Assembly (NCBI GenBank): GCA_965200715.1
Contig: OZ241374.1
Coordinates: forward strand, 1,048,474-1,112,473
DNA length: 64,000 nt
Direction of reading: 5' to 3'
DNA from: Arenicellales bacterium
GTDB lineage: Bacteria > Pseudomonadota > Gammaproteobacteria > Arenicellales > Poriferihabitantaceae
Shown: positions 1-10,033 of the stretch, in pieces
How positions within the stretch are numbered: position 1 is the first letter of the stretch
Layout of the letters: every line of letters starts with the position of its first letter
Notes under the pieces: model-generated
Told to the model about the DNA's origin: nothing
Databases searched by the model: none
Seen by the model: the letters and a program-made list of their open reading frames with translations, nothing else
Position numbers and translations under genes: made by a program

Positions 1-1
1 G

Positions 2-1141
2 AAAGGTGTTGTTCATACTTCTTTTGGCTATCAGCTGTATGCAGCATTAACACACAAGATGGTTTTTGACTATCATGATGGAGATATATACTGGTGTACT
101 GCTGATGTGGGCTGGGTAACTGGGCACTCTTACATTGTTTATGGTCCGCTGACTAATGGAGCTACCACCTTGATGTTTGAGGGTGTGCCCACCTATCCAG
201 ATGCCAGTCGATTCTGGCAAGTGGTTGACAAGCATAAAGTGGAAATTTTTTATACTGCTCCGACAGCAATTCGTGCATTGATGGGGCAGGGTGAAGAATT
301 GGTCAATAAGACAGATCGAAGTTCTTTGCGAATTCTGGGAACAGTAGGAGAGCCGATTAATCCAGAAGCCTGGGAATGGTATTATCATGTTGTTGGTAAT
401 GGGCGCTGTCCAATTGTCGATACGTGGTGGCAAACCGAAACCGGGGGTATCATGATTACACCATTGCCTGGAGCCATTGATCTAAAGCCGGGATCTGCAA
501 CTCGACCATTCTTTGGTATCCAGCCAGCCTTGATGGATGCAGAAGGCAATGAAATTAGCCTTGAAGGTGGAGCTGAAGGTAATCTTGTGATTAAACAATC
601 ATGGCCAGGTCAAATGCGTACTGTGTATGGTGATCATCAACGATTTATCGAGACTTATTTCAGTGCTTATCCAAATATGTACTTCACTGGTGATGGTGCA
701 CGTTGTGATGAGGATGGATATTGGTGGATTACAGGTCGGGTTGATGATGTTATCAATGTTTCCGGTCACCGTATGGGCACGGCGGAAGTTGAAAGTGCGT
801 TAGTACTTCACGAGACAGTGGCTGAAGCAGCTGTAGTTGGATACCCCCATGAGATCAAAGGTCAGGGGATTTATGCATACGTTACTCTGATGCAAGGGAT
901 TGAAGCGACTGATGAATTGAAAAAAGAGTTAAGTGATCTCGTCAGGATGGAGATTGGTCCGATTGCTAAACCAGATGTGATTCAGTGGGCACCGGGTTTG
1001 CCGAAAACTCGTTCTGGTAAGATTATGCGGCGAATATTGCGCAAAGTCGCAGCAAATGAGCTCGACAGTCTTGGAGATACGAGCACGCTAGCTGAACCTG
1101 CTGTGGTAGATGAACTTATTGAAAATCGTGCTGGGAAATAA
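2..1141 (+). CDS. acs: Acetyl-CoA synthetase (5' truncated by window edge)
   Basis: Frame open from position 2 (KGVVHT...); [24 protein letters not shown] and C-terminal [11 protein letters not shown] motifs. Confidence 0.97.
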   Translation, partial: KGVVHTSFGYQLYAALTHKMVFDYHDGDIYWCTADVGWVTGHSYIVYGPLTNGATTLMFEGVPTYPDASRFWQVVDKHKVEIFYTAPTAIRALMGQGEELVNKTDRSSLRILGTVGEPINPEAWEWYYHVVGNGRCPIVDTWWQTETGGIMITPLPGAIDLKPGSATRPFFGIQPALMDAEGNEISLEGGAEGNLVIKQSWPGQMRTVYGDHQRFIETYFSAYPNMYFTGDGARCDEDGYWWITGRVDDVINVSGHRMGTAEVESALVLHETVAEAAVVGYPHEIKGQGIYAYVTLMQGIEATDELKKELSDLVRMEIGPIAKPDVIQWAPGLPKTRSGKIMRRILRKVAANELDSLGDTSTLAEPAVVDELIENRAGK

Positions 1142-1237
1142 CTTTCTTTGCTTGTTATTGAGCACCACAAAATATTAGAGACCTATACCCAAAGTTTACA
1201 GGGCGGTCAATGGCTCCCTTTTGTTAGTTTAGTTGAG

Positions 1238-1745
1238 TCATCCAGCAGGATCGCACCCTAATCTGGTCTTCGCTTCTTGGTGCGTATGCGCGGGTTGATT
1301 GTTCGTACCGCTTTGGGATAGATCGCTCCTACCGCACAAGCAGTTGCGAATGTCTAATGGATCTCTGGTGCCGACTGCAAAGCACCTGGTGTTGCCGGTA
1401 AAGATGTTGGTATTCGTGGGGGTATAGGCTCCGCCCGTCATGAAGCATAATGTTGCAAGGGAATTATTCAGCCCCCATTCCGTCACATCCGCGTAGTAAA
1501 CACGAGATAGGACGTTTTCTCTGTGTGTGACGCTTAAGCTGTAACCTGTTCTGGGTGCTACGGTATCGGTTGAATTGACCGTATCAGCATCGGCAGAATG
1601 AACTACGCTATTCGTGCGCGTATTTTATAAGCCTCAGTTTGATGGGAAATTCTACGGTGGTACTGCCGTCACCAACGTCCCTGCGCAATAAGGAGTACGT
1701 AACCCGTGATGAACTGCTCGTGAAATAAACTGTTTTGTAAAGATG
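1238..1745 (-). pseudogene. Possible frameshifted remnant of an unknown Ser/Thr/Cys-rich protein
   Basis: The 82-aa ORF frame stays open about 45 codons further upstream without a start codon; a second frame is open upstream of that; no family recognised. Confidence 0.25.
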
Positions 1746-1815
1746 CCTGGACGCGATGATTAATCCCTTGAAATCAAAACTTTATTTGAGGCTAGCTATC
1801 CACAGAAAAAATAAA

Positions 1816-1844
1816 TTTACAAAGCTGAATTTTTTATGTATAAT
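1816..1844 (+). promoter_or_regulatory. Putative sigma70 promoter of nap operon
   Basis: TTTACA (1816-1821), 17-bp spacer, TATAAT (1839-1844), upstream of napF ATG at 1898. Confidence 0.6.
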
Positions 1845-1897
1845 TCCTTACTATTATTAAGGTTAATTTTTAAAATGTAATAAACATCCGGTGTGAA

Positions 1898-2437
1898 ATG
1901 AGGGATTTCCACGGACAATCAAGTCAAAACGCATTTAACGATAACGGTGCCAATCCGCACCCTATTGTTGGCTCTTCGTCTCGCCTGCAAACCAATACCT
2001 GGCGAAGAGGCGTGCAGAGGCCACCTTGGACTACCGAAGATGCCGTCCACCAGTATTGCACATCGTGTGGTAAGTGTCGTGATGCCTGCCCAGAAACCAT
2101 TCTCTTCAAAGGACCAGCCGGTACACCAATGCTGGACTTTCAATCCGGTGCATGCACCTTTTGTCGAGCTTGTGTGGAAGCCTGTAATGAACCCGTTTTT
2201 TTTGCCGTAGAACAAAAACCATGGAACCTGATTGCAGAACTTGGAGAATCCTGCCTGTTAAAAATCGGTGTATCTTGCCGTAGTTGCTCAGATATTTGTG
2301 ATTATGAAGTGCTGAAATTTGATTTGCGAGTAAGGCCTTTTGGCAAAATGATAGTCAATAACGATTCCTGTACCGGTTGTGGTGCATGCGTAAGCGTTTG
2401 CCCCTCCCAAGCGATCAGTTTGAGCCCGAAGAGTTGA
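1898..2437 (+). CDS. napF: Ferredoxin-type protein NapF
   Basis: RPPW motif followed by four CxxCxxCxxxC(P)-type 4Fe-4S motifs; first gene of nap cluster. Confidence 0.92.
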   Translation: MRDFHGQSSQNAFNDNGANPHPIVGSSSRLQTNTWRRGVQRPPWTTEDAVHQYCTSCGKCRDACPETILFKGPAGTPMLDFQSGACTFCRACVEACNEPVFFAVEQKPWNLIAELGESCLLKIGVSCRSCSDICDYEVLKFDLRVRPFGKMIVNNDSCTGCGACVSVCPSQAISLSPKS

Positions 2438-2449
2438 GAGGATGGTAAT

Positions 2450-2689
2450 TTGAATATCTGCGGCTGTCTTGTACATACCAAACCTGAGTTTGCCTCATCC
2501 GCCATAATGACAATGGAAAAGTTCAGGGGAGTTGAAGTTCATGCCCAATCTGATGATGGGCGAATAGTCGTTGTAGTCGAAGATACACCAGACAGATTTG
2601 CTTCTGAGACCATCATGGACTTACATCAAATTCCCGGTGTTATCTCACTCACTCTCACTTATCACCATTTTGAGGAGCTGATTATATGA
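2450..2689 (+). CDS. napD: NapA signal-peptide chaperone NapD
   Basis: 79 aa, GVEVH...GRIVVVVE...IPGV...YHHFE pattern; lies between napF and napA; TTG start. Confidence 0.9.
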   Translation: MNICGCLVHTKPEFASSAIMTMEKFRGVEVHAQSDDGRIVVVVEDTPDRFASETIMDLHQIPGVISLTLTYHHFEELII

Positions 2690-2736
2690 GCTCGGTCTCA
2701 CTATTGAAGAATTAGAGTTTATCTGGAGATGTTCAA

Positions 2737-5241
2737 ATGACTTTTTCTGAATCCCGTCGAAACTTTCTTAAATCTACAGCAGCAGCGGCAACTGCTTCGG
2801 CTGCCGGAATTCAATTGTCCTCAGGGGTAGCAAATGCTCAGGTTCAGAATTCTGGAATTAGTTGGAACAAGGCAGCCTGCCGATTTTGCGGTACTGGCTG
2901 TTCGGTGCTCGTAGGGACCAAGGAAGGTCGAGTTGTAGCAACGCAAGGAGATCCAGATTCACCCGTTAACCGAGGATTGAACTGTATCAAAGGCTATTTC
3001 CTATCGAAAATCATGTATGGTGAAGATCGACTAAAGACTCCTCTTCTTCGCAAGTCAAACGGCTCTTTTGATAAAAACGGAGAGTTTGAACCGGTGTCAT
3101 GGGATGAGGCATTCGATGTCATGGCTGAAAAGTGGAAATCGGCAATTCATAACAAGGGGCCTTCATCCGTATCCATGTTTGGATCAGGTCAGTGGACAGT
3201 TTGGGAGGGTTATGCTGCCGCAAAGTTCATGAAAGCCGGTCTGCGTTCCAACAACATTGATCCCAATGCAAGACATTGCATGGCTTCAGCAGTAGCCGCA
3301 TTCATTCGTGGTTTTGGAATTGATGAACCCATGGGTTGCTATGACGATTTGGAATATGCGGATACCTTCGTGTTGTGGGGCTCGAATATGGCAGAGATGC
3401 ACCCGATCTTGTGGTCACGCTTGACTGATACCCGATTGACCAAGCCAGGTGCAGAAGTGCATGTGCTATCGACCTTTGAGCACCGTTGTTTTGAACTGGC
3501 TGACAATGGACTTATTTTTGCCCCACAGACCGACCTGGCAATTTTGAATTACATTGCCAATTACATCATTCAAAATGGAGCGGTAAATGTGGATTTTGTG
3601 GCAAACCACGTCAATATAACCAAGACTGCGACAGATATTGGTTATGGCTTGCGCCCCAATCATCCATTAGAACAATCGGCAGAAAATCCTGCACATGAAG
3701 GTAAGCATGGAAAGTTAACTCCAATCGATTTTGAGGAATATGCGTCTGCAGTCGGAGAATACACGGTTGATAAGGTATCGAAAATGTCGGGAGTTCCAGT
3801 TGCCAATCTCGAGCGCTTAGCTGCTCAATATGCCGACCCAAACCGGAAAGTGATGAGTTTGTGGACAATGGGATTTAATCAGCATACTCGTGGCTCTTGG
3901 GTTAATGGTCTTTTGTACAACTTGCATTTGCTAACCGGAAAAATTGCCGAGCCTGGAAACTCACCATTTTCGTTGACTGGGCAACCTTCGGCTTGTGGCA
4001 CAGCTCGTGAAGTAGGTACATTTGCGCATCGGCTTCCCGCTGACATGGTAGTTATGAAAGATAAGCATCGAGAAATCTGTGAAACCGCATGGAATATTCC
4101 CCCCGGGACCATTCCAGCGAAACCTGGTTTTCATGCAGTATTGCAGCACCGAAAACTGAAAGATGGAGAATTGAATTGTCATTGGGTGCAGTGCAATAAT
4201 AATTTGCAGGCTGCCCCAAATATCAATGAAGAGGGATTTCCCGGTTATCGCAACCCTGATAATTTCATAACCGTTTCTGAACCTTATCCGACCGTAACTG
4301 CGATCTCTGCTGATCTTATTCTACCTACAGCGATGTGGGTTGAAAAAGAAGGAGCCTACGGCAATGCTGAGCGACGTACCCAGTTCTGGCATCAGCAAGT
4401 GGATGCACCAGGTGAAGCTAGATCGGATTTGTGGCAGGTGATGGAATTCTCAAAGCGCTTCATGACTGAAGATGTCTGGCCCGAAGAATTGTTAAGCAAG
4501 AAACCAGAGTTACGTGGTAAATCATTATTCGAGGTTCTGTTCGCAAATGGAGAAGTCGACAAATATCCGGTTGGTGATATTGCTGAAGGATTTAATAATC
4601 AGGAAAGTGCCGATTTTGGGTTCTATGTGCAAAAGGGATTGTTTGAAGAATATGCACAGTTTGGGCGAGGTAAAGCACATGATCTAGCCGATTTTGATGC
4701 ATACCATGAGTCGCGCGGTATGCGTTGGCCTGTGGTGGATGGCAAAGAGACACGGTATCGGTTCCGTGAAGGTTACGATAAATATGTTGAAGTAGGCAAG
4801 GGCGTTCAATTCTATGGCAAGCCGGACGGGAGGGCGAATATTATTTTTGCACCCTTTGAGCCTGCTGCCGAAAGTCCAGATTCTGAATATGATTTGTGGC
4901 TTGTTACCGGTCGTGTATTGGAGCATTGGCATTCAGGATCAATGACTCGAAGAGTTCCAGAATTGCACCGCTCTTATCCAGCAGCTGTAGTGTATATGCA
5001 TCCTGAGGATGCCCGAGAACGTGGTCTACGCAGGGGTCAGGAGATAGAGCTGATAACACGTCGGGGAACGGTCCTCAGTCGAGTTGAAACTCGAGGCAGG
5101 AATAAAATGCCGAAAGGTTTGGTGTTCATGCCATGGTTTGATGAAGGGCAACTAACTAACAAGCTAACGCTTGATGCAACATGCCCAATTTCGAAGGAGA
5201 CTGATTTCAAGAAATGTGCCTGCAAGGTTTTGCGCGCTTAA
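2737..5241 (+). CDS. napA: Periplasmic nitrate reductase catalytic subunit
   Basis: Tat signal [15 protein letters not shown] 4Fe-4S motif, NARHCMASA Mo-ligand motif, terminal DFKKCA. Confidence 0.98.
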   Translation: MTFSESRRNFLKSTAAAATASAAGIQLSSGVANAQVQNSGISWNKAACRFCGTGCSVLVGTKEGRVVATQGDPDSPVNRGLNCIKGYFLSKIMYGEDRLKTPLLRKSNGSFDKNGEFEPVSWDEAFDVMAEKWKSAIHNKGPSSVSMFGSGQWTVWEGYAAAKFMKAGLRSNNIDPNARHCMASAVAAFIRGFGIDEPMGCYDDLEYADTFVLWGSNMAEMHPILWSRLTDTRLTKPGAEVHVLSTFEHRCFELADNGLIFAPQTDLAILNYIANYIIQNGAVNVDFVANHVNITKTATDIGYGLRPNHPLEQSAENPAHEGKHGKLTPIDFEEYASAVGEYTVDKVSKMSGVPVANLERLAAQYADPNRKVMSLWTMGFNQHTRGSWVNGLLYNLHLLTGKIAEPGNSPFSLTGQPSACGTAREVGTFAHRLPADMVVMKDKHREICETAWNIPPGTIPAKPGFHAVLQHRKLKDGELNCHWVQCNNNLQAAPNINEEGFPGYRNPDNFITVSEPYPTVTAISADLILPTAMWVEKEGAYGNAERRTQFWHQQVDAPGEARSDLWQVMEFSKRFMTEDVWPEELLSKKPELRGKSLFEVLFANGEVDKYPVGDIAEGFNNQESADFGFYVQKGLFEEYAQFGRGKAHDLADFDAYHESRGMRWPVVDGKETRYRFREGYDKYVEVGKGVQFYGKPDGRANIIFAPFEPAAESPDSEYDLWLVTGRVLEHWHSGSMTRRVPELHRSYPAAVVYMHPEDARERGLRRGQEIELITRRGTVLSRVETRGRNKMPKGLVFMPWFDEGQLTNKLTLDATCPISKETDFKKCACKVLRA

Positions 5242-5276
5242 TTTGTAATTTACAAGACAACCACAGGAGCATTCCC

Positions 5277-5720
5277 ATGAAAACTTTAATCAGGTTGGGC
5301 ATTATTTACTTGCTTGTAGCATTTTTTGGTTTTTTCGGCATCGTTTTCGCTCAGTCAGGCGGTATAAGTAGCCTTCGCAACGCTGCGGTCGATGAACCAG
5401 TAAATCTGGGCAATCTGTATCGACAGGTTGAGCGACGTATGCAGCGCAATTATCGTCAGCAACCACCGCTTATTCCGCATGGTATATCACAGTATCAGAT
5501 TGATCTTCGAACCAATCAATGTCTTTCCTGTCATGACTGGACGAAAGCTGGAGAGCGCAATGCGCCAACCTTGTCCATGACGCATTATCTTGACCGAGAT
5601 GGTTATGAGCTAGATCAAGTAGCGGGTACACGATATTTTTGTAATCAGTGTCATGTGCCCCAAGTAGCCGCGCCTGAATTGGTAAATAACCTGTTTCGCT
5701 CGTCTGCTACAAAAAATTAA
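5277..5720 (+). CDS. napB: Diheme cytochrome c NapB
   Basis: QPPLIPH, CLSCH and RYFCNQCHVPQ; start moved to ATG 5277 after AGGAG (5265-5269), giving a signal peptide. Confidence 0.95.
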   Translation: MKTLIRLGIIYLLVAFFGFFGIVFAQSGGISSLRNAAVDEPVNLGNLYRQVERRMQRNYRQQPPLIPHGISQYQIDLRTNQCLSCHDWTKAGERNAPTLSMTHYLDRDGYELDQVAGTRYFCNQCHVPQVAAPELVNNLFRSSATKN

Positions 5721-5744
5721 CTTGCATCGGTAAAGGATATTTCA

Positions 5745-6449
5745 ATGAATAATCCGCAAGACAATCGTAATCGATATCGCCGAATTTGGGACTGGTTCTG
5801 GAGACCGACTACGCAATTCAGTGTAGGCTTTACGTTGATCTCAGGATTTCTGATTGGTATTTTATTTTGGGGAGGATTTCACTGGACGATTGAAGCATCG
5901 AACACTGAAGATTTTTGTGTCTCTTGCCACTCAATGGAGACTAACCTTGGAGAATATCGCCAAACTGTCCATTACTACAACCACTCTGGAGTACGTGCTG
6001 TATGTTCAGATTGTCACGTACCGAAGGAGTGGCAACATAAGATAAAAGCGAAGGCTATTGCAGTGAAAGATGTCTTTTATGAATTAATTGGGAGTATTGA
6101 TACAACAGAGAAGTATGAAGCCAGAAGGATCGATATGGCCAAGATAGTTTGGAAAAAAATGAGAGCCAACGATAGCCGAGAATGTCGCAATTGTCATGCA
6201 TTTGAATACATGGATTTTACCATTCAAGAACCTCGTGCCAGCTCGGAACACCAAAGGGGGATTGATGAGGGCTTAACTTGTATAGATTGTCACCAGGGAG
6301 TTGCTCATAAGTTGCCATCGAACTGGCTTGAGGAATATGAGAAGTTGAAAAATCCAGTATCCGCTTCAAATTTTGGAAGTTTATGGATGATGGCTTTGGC
6401 AAATAAACCAGCCCATGAAAGTGATGTCGTTGGCTCATTGGAGAAATAA
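5745..6449 (+). CDS. napC: Tetraheme cytochrome c, NapC/NirT family
   Basis: N-terminal TM helix with FWGGF; four CxxCH motifs (CVSCH, CSDCH, CRNCH, CIDCH). Confidence 0.95.
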   Translation: MNNPQDNRNRYRRIWDWFWRPTTQFSVGFTLISGFLIGILFWGGFHWTIEASNTEDFCVSCHSMETNLGEYRQTVHYYNHSGVRAVCSDCHVPKEWQHKIKAKAIAVKDVFYELIGSIDTTEKYEARRIDMAKIVWKKMRANDSRECRNCHAFEYMDFTIQEPRASSEHQRGIDEGLTCIDCHQGVAHKLPSNWLEEYEKLKNPVSASNFGSLWMMALANKPAHESDVVGSLEK

Positions 6450-6464
6450 AAAGGTGATTGACTG

Positions 6465-6722
6465 ATGCTTGAAATTCTTGGAACATTTGCTGGCAACGCT
6501 CTAAGTTTGCCAGGAATACTTGGCTTGGGTTTTGGGATGATGACTCGTCAACTCTATCTAGCTGGAGTTATTGGCGGTCTTGTTGGCATACTAGAATCAC
6601 TGATTTTCTCGGGATTCCATCTTGCTGAAATCGGCACGTTAGAATTGACGCTTTCAGTATTGGTCGGGATTGTTGCTGGCATGATCGGTTGCATGATTCG
6701 ACGTAAAGGTGCTACGGTATAG
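6465..6722 (+). CDS. Small Gly-rich membrane protein of unknown function
   Basis: 85 aa, about 3 hydrophobic segments with GxxxG, basic C-tail; AAGGTG RBS; 15 bp after napC. Confidence 0.8.
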   Translation: MLEILGTFAGNALSLPGILGLGFGMMTRQLYLAGVIGGLVGILESLIFSGFHLAEIGTLELTLSVLVGIVAGMIGCMIRRKGATV

Positions 6723-6785
6723 AGATACCTCTTGATAATGAACCCATTGGTTAGTTGTTTGTTTGCAAGAGTCTGCTTGAGTTGT

Positions 6786-7553
6786 TTATCCAAAAAAATC
6801 AAACAGCAGTTTTGTTAACTCAAACGGTCTTTCGGCATGGAGCCAATGTCCTGAATTTTCCATAGTGTGGATGCTTGAGTTTGGGAACTGCTCTGCAATG
6901 AGACTATCGTGTTCAGGACGAATATAATCTGAATTTCCGCCCCGAACAAAAAGAGTCTCAGTATCAGAAATATTGCCCTTTGGATACCCGAAAATTAGAT
7001 TTCGGTTATCGGTAATTGCTTCAAGGTTGATTCTCCAAGCAAAACCATTATCACCACGTATTAGGTTTTGAAGCAAAAATTGCCTGATTGGTGGGTTCGG
7101 TATGTCTATAGCGAGCATTCGTTCGGCTTCATTCCTCGAATGAATGTTCTCAATATCCAGCTTTTTTAGCGAGTAAATGAGCTCATCATGATCATGGGAG
7201 TAGTCAACCGGTGCAATGTCAACAATCACGCATTTTCCGACTTCAGGTTGATGGTGTTGGAGGTAGGTCATCACGGTTTTACCACCCATACTGTGTCCGA
7301 TCAAATTGGGCTGAGTCAGGTGATAATCGTGGATGAATGCAGCAAGATCTTCAGCCATATCCAAATAGCTCATTGAATCTTTCCATTCTGATTTGCCATG
7401 ATTACGCAAATCAATGCAAAGAACATAAAAATGCGTACTGAGTTTTGAGCCAATGGTTCGCCAGTTGCTAGATGAACCAAACAATCCATGCAAAATTACC
7501 ACCGGAGGATTCGACGGCTCACCCATGCAGATAGAATTCAGGTTAACAATCAT
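6786..7553 (-). CDS. ybfF: Alpha/beta-fold esterase (YbfF-like)
   Basis: LHGLFGS, DLRNHG, GHSMGGK nucleophile elbow, GHWLHAE. Confidence 0.85.
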   Translation of the reverse strand: MIVNLNSICMGEPSNPPVVILHGLFGSSSNWRTIGSKLSTHFYVLCIDLRNHGKSEWKDSMSYLDMAEDLAAFIHDYHLTQPNLIGHSMGGKTVMTYLQHHQPEVGKCVIVDIAPVDYSHDHDELIYSLKKLDIENIHSRNEAERMLAIDIPNPPIRQFLLQNLIRGDNGFAWRINLEAITDNRNLIFGYPKGNISDTETLFVRGGNSDYIRPEHDSLIAEQFPNSSIHTMENSGHWLHAERPFELTKLLFDFFG

Positions 7554-8265
7554 CTTTCATAAAATTGTGAGATGACGAATATTCATTAGAGTTGTAGTTT
7601 GTACTCTGGTAAGGATTGATCAAATCAGGCCCTTGGTTGGTTGGTCGATTTACCTTTTTGCTAACTGGATAGTAGTTAAATTCATCTGGATATCGTAAAT
7701 TCGAAATGATGTGAAGCCAGTCTTTACCTCTAATGAGCCAGTCGAGAGCATGATCTTGATCCACCCTTACAGGCATGCGAGAGTGAATATTGGATAAGTT
7801 ATTCTTTGCTGAACGAGTGATAATGCTACACGAATAGAGGGGTTTTGGTTGATTTGTCCAAATGTCCCAGATTCCAGCGAGCATAATTGGTTGATTCACT
7901 TCCAAAGATATGAAGTATGGTTGCTTCCCTGTATTATCATTTTTCCATTCATAATAACCCCTGATCGGGATCAGGCAAGTTCGTGATTGTTTCCAAGCAG
8001 TTCTATAAGCTGGCTTTTCCGCCAGCGACTCGATTCTTGCGTTGAAGGTAGAGAATTTTGGGTTTGCTTCTTTTGACCATGAAGGGACTAGCCCCCAGTG
8101 CATTGATTGACCCGAAAATTTCTTATTTTGACGATCATAGATCAGTACGGGAATGTTATTGGTTGGAGCTATGTTATAACCGGTGTGGCAATCATAAGGC
8201 CAGCCAGTTAACATTTCTTCCCAAGGACCGAGATTATCAATTTGATTTGCGAATCGCCCACACAT
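7543..8265 (-). CDS. SOS response-associated peptidase (SRAP/YedK/HMCES family)
   Basis: N-terminal MCGRF, YNIAPT, WGLVPSW, FNARIE, GYYEW, IHSRMPV. Confidence 0.93.
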   Translation of the reverse strand: MCGRFANQIDNLGPWEEMLTGWPYDCHTGYNIAPTNNIPVLIYDRQNKKFSGQSMHWGLVPSWSKEANPKFSTFNARIESLAEKPAYRTAWKQSRTCLIPIRGYYEWKNDNTGKQPYFISLEVNQPIMLAGIWDIWTNQPKPLYSCSIITRSAKNNLSNIHSRMPVRVDQDHALDWLIRGKDWLHIISNLRYPDEFNYYPVSKKVNRPTNQGPDLINPYQSTNYNSNEYSSSHNFMKDDC

Positions 8266-8459
8266 GAAGATTGAGTCTTTGAAGCCCTAGAAAGAGTTCT
8301 AATAAGTATAACCTTGATAATTCAACTCAGTTCACAGCCAGGTTGACGTGAATTTTTGATTGTATCTCGCTGTTTGGTGTATAAGATTATCAAAAATAGA
8401 TTGAATGTTTTATTCCCGTAGCGTTGATAACGTCAAACAATACTCAGCTTCATTACATC

Positions 8460-9140
8460 ATGAATGATATTTCAAAGTTACTTGGACAATTGCAATATGA
8501 GTTTCATGAACCAAAACTATTGCAAACCGCCTTGACTCGCCGTAGTTGGGGACAACCGAATAATGAACGCCTAGAGTATCTTGGAGATAGTGTTTTAGGA
8601 TTTTATATTGCCGGTCAGCTTTACCAACGATTCCCTGAATTAGGTGAGGGGCAGTTGTCAAAATTGCGTACGACACTCGTTCAAAATGAGACTCTTGCAA
8701 AACTTGGAAAGAAACTAAATTTGAGTACCTATATCATCTTGGGGCAATCAGACAGGAAAAACAATGCTTTTCAAATTGATTCCGTTATAGCAGATACATT
8801 TGAGGCTATCATTGGTGCAATCTATTTGGATGGGGGAATTGAAGCAGCATTTTCGGTATTGAATCGTCTTTATTCTGAAAGATTATCAAAACTCAGTTCG
8901 AGAAATTTTAAAGACAATCCCAAGACGCAACTTCAGGAATATCTTCAAAAGAGAGCATTACCACTGCCGGTATATATTTTGGATAGCGCAGTTGGTCAAG
9001 ACCATGACCCGACATTTACAGTAACTTGTAAACTTCAAAATCCAAAAATGGAGTCATCTGCTTCAGACAAAACTCGCAAACTTGCGGAGAAGGCAGCCGC
9101 TCAGAGAGTGTTATTACGACTAATTTCTTCAGATGACTGA
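8460..9140 (+). CDS. rnc: Ribonuclease III
   Basis: NERLEYLGDS signature, ADTFEAIIGAIYLDGG, C-terminal dsRBD (KTQLQEYLQ); ATG 8460 preferred. Confidence 0.95.
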   Translation: MNDISKLLGQLQYEFHEPKLLQTALTRRSWGQPNNERLEYLGDSVLGFYIAGQLYQRFPELGEGQLSKLRTTLVQNETLAKLGKKLNLSTYIILGQSDRKNNAFQIDSVIADTFEAIIGAIYLDGGIEAAFSVLNRLYSERLSKLSSRNFKDNPKTQLQEYLQKRALPLPVYILDSAVGQDHDPTFTVTCKLQNPKMESSASDKTRKLAEKAAAQRVLLRLISSDD

Positions 9141-10029
9141 GCATAAATTTGGATATGTCGCTTTCGCTGGAATACCGAATGTTGGTAAGTCCACGCTACT
9201 CAACTCTCTAATGCAACAGAAAATCTCGATCATTTCCAAACGACCACAAACCACAAGACATCGAATACTTGGAATCGTTTCGGGACAAAATCATCAAATT
9301 GCCTTTGTCGATATTCCCGGTATAGAGCCTAGTCCCCAAGGGGGCCTTGATCGAGTCATTCGAAAAACTGCAATAAATTGTCTATCGGATGTTGATTTGA
9401 TTTTATTTATGATTGATCATAAAGGATGGCATGAAGGATCAAAAAAGGCCTTGAAAGATGTCTGCAATATCAATAAATCAATATTGCTTGTTATCAATAA
9501 AATCGATAAATTTGAAAATAAGGCGCAACTTCTGCCATTAATCCAACAGTCAAGCACTCTCCATGAATTTACAGAAATTATACCAATTCAAGCGACAAAT
9601 CTGCCTGACCCTGATCAGTTTTGTGCCAAACTAACACCACACTTACCCGCTGGTAGTCCGGGATTTCCTAGTGAAATGAGAACTGATCGGAATCGAGAGT
9701 TTCAGGCTTCAGAATTTATTCGTGAGCAAACTTATTTACTACTCGGTCAAGAATTACCTTATTCAATAAGTGTAGAAATAACACAATTCGAAACGAATAA
9801 TAAGAACGTCCTGCATATTGATGCAACGATTTGGGTCGAAAAAAGTTCTCAAAAATCGATAGTGATTGGTAAGCAAGGGAACATGCTTAAAAAAATAGGT
9901 ACTGGAGCGCGTCTTCAGATAGAAAAATCATTTTCGCAAAAGGTTTATCTTTCACTTTGGGTAAAGGTCAAAAAAAGCTGGTCAGATCGGGATAAAGAGT
10001 TAATGCAGTTTGGATATACGGAAAGTTGA
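9133..10029 (+). CDS. era: GTPase Era
   Basis: GIPNVGKST, PQTTR, NKID, KH-domain VIGKQG; overlaps rnc. Confidence 0.95.
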   Translation: MTEHKFGYVAFAGIPNVGKSTLLNSLMQQKISIISKRPQTTRHRILGIVSGQNHQIAFVDIPGIEPSPQGGLDRVIRKTAINCLSDVDLILFMIDHKGWHEGSKKALKDVCNINKSILLVINKIDKFENKAQLLPLIQQSSTLHEFTEIIPIQATNLPDPDQFCAKLTPHLPAGSPGFPSEMRTDRNREFQASEFIREQTYLLLGQELPYSISVEITQFETNNKNVLHIDATIWVEKSSQKSIVIGKQGNMLKKIGTGARLQIEKSFSQKVYLSLWVKVKKSWSDRDKELMQFGYTES

Positions 10030-10033
10030 CGGT

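Noticed and set aside
1765-1780. TTGAAATCAA as an FNR box
   Set aside because: Half-site spacing is wrong for TTGAT-N4-ATCAA
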